Below, piece after piece: positions 63,951-64,000 of a DNA stretch of 64,000 bases. This DNA comes from Camelus ferus (Eukaryota). Position numbers and translations under genes: made by a program. Numbering within the stretch: the first letter of the stretch is position 1; the number at the start of each line of letters is the position of its first letter. The notes below the pieces were generated by a model. That model was not told where the DNA came from. It did no database searches and worked only from the letters and a program-made list of their open reading frames with translations. Location of the stretch: the NCBI RefSeq assembly GCF_009834535.1, contig NC_045697.1, forward strand, positions 16,742,001-16,806,000, in the 5' to 3' direction.

Positions 63951-64000
63951 GTAATATGCAAATATTAGCGATCATCACCATTATTTTTAAAATAAATATC

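Overview
Mammalian genomic DNA, not prokaryotic: it is rich in MIR, L2, L1, MER and MLT relics, and one tRNA-derived SINE of camelid type at 54186-54350 suggests camel/alpaca/llama. The window holds the 5' end of PPARGC1A (PGC-1alpha) on the minus strand. The alternative (distal) promoter with exon 1b/1c lies at ~51.65-51.86 kb. The canonical proximal promoter (CRE, TATA-like box, PPRE) and exon 1a (MAWDMCNQDSVWSDIE, with an intact uORF) lie at ~38.7-40.7 kb. Exon 2 is 33552-33731, and positions 1-33551 are intron 2; exon 3 is outside the window. Apart from these exons and one L1 ORF2 remnant, the six-frame ORFs look spurious. I see no new multi-gene system. The most interesting signals are apparent lineage-specific changes in PPARGC1A regulation: lost and shifted start codons in exon 1b, a lost plus newly gained ATG in exon 1c, a broken MEF2 consensus at about -1.4 kb, and a candidate internal first exon in intron 2. 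Comparisons with human/mouse are from memory and need alignment. Repeat family calls and boundaries are by eye and approximate.
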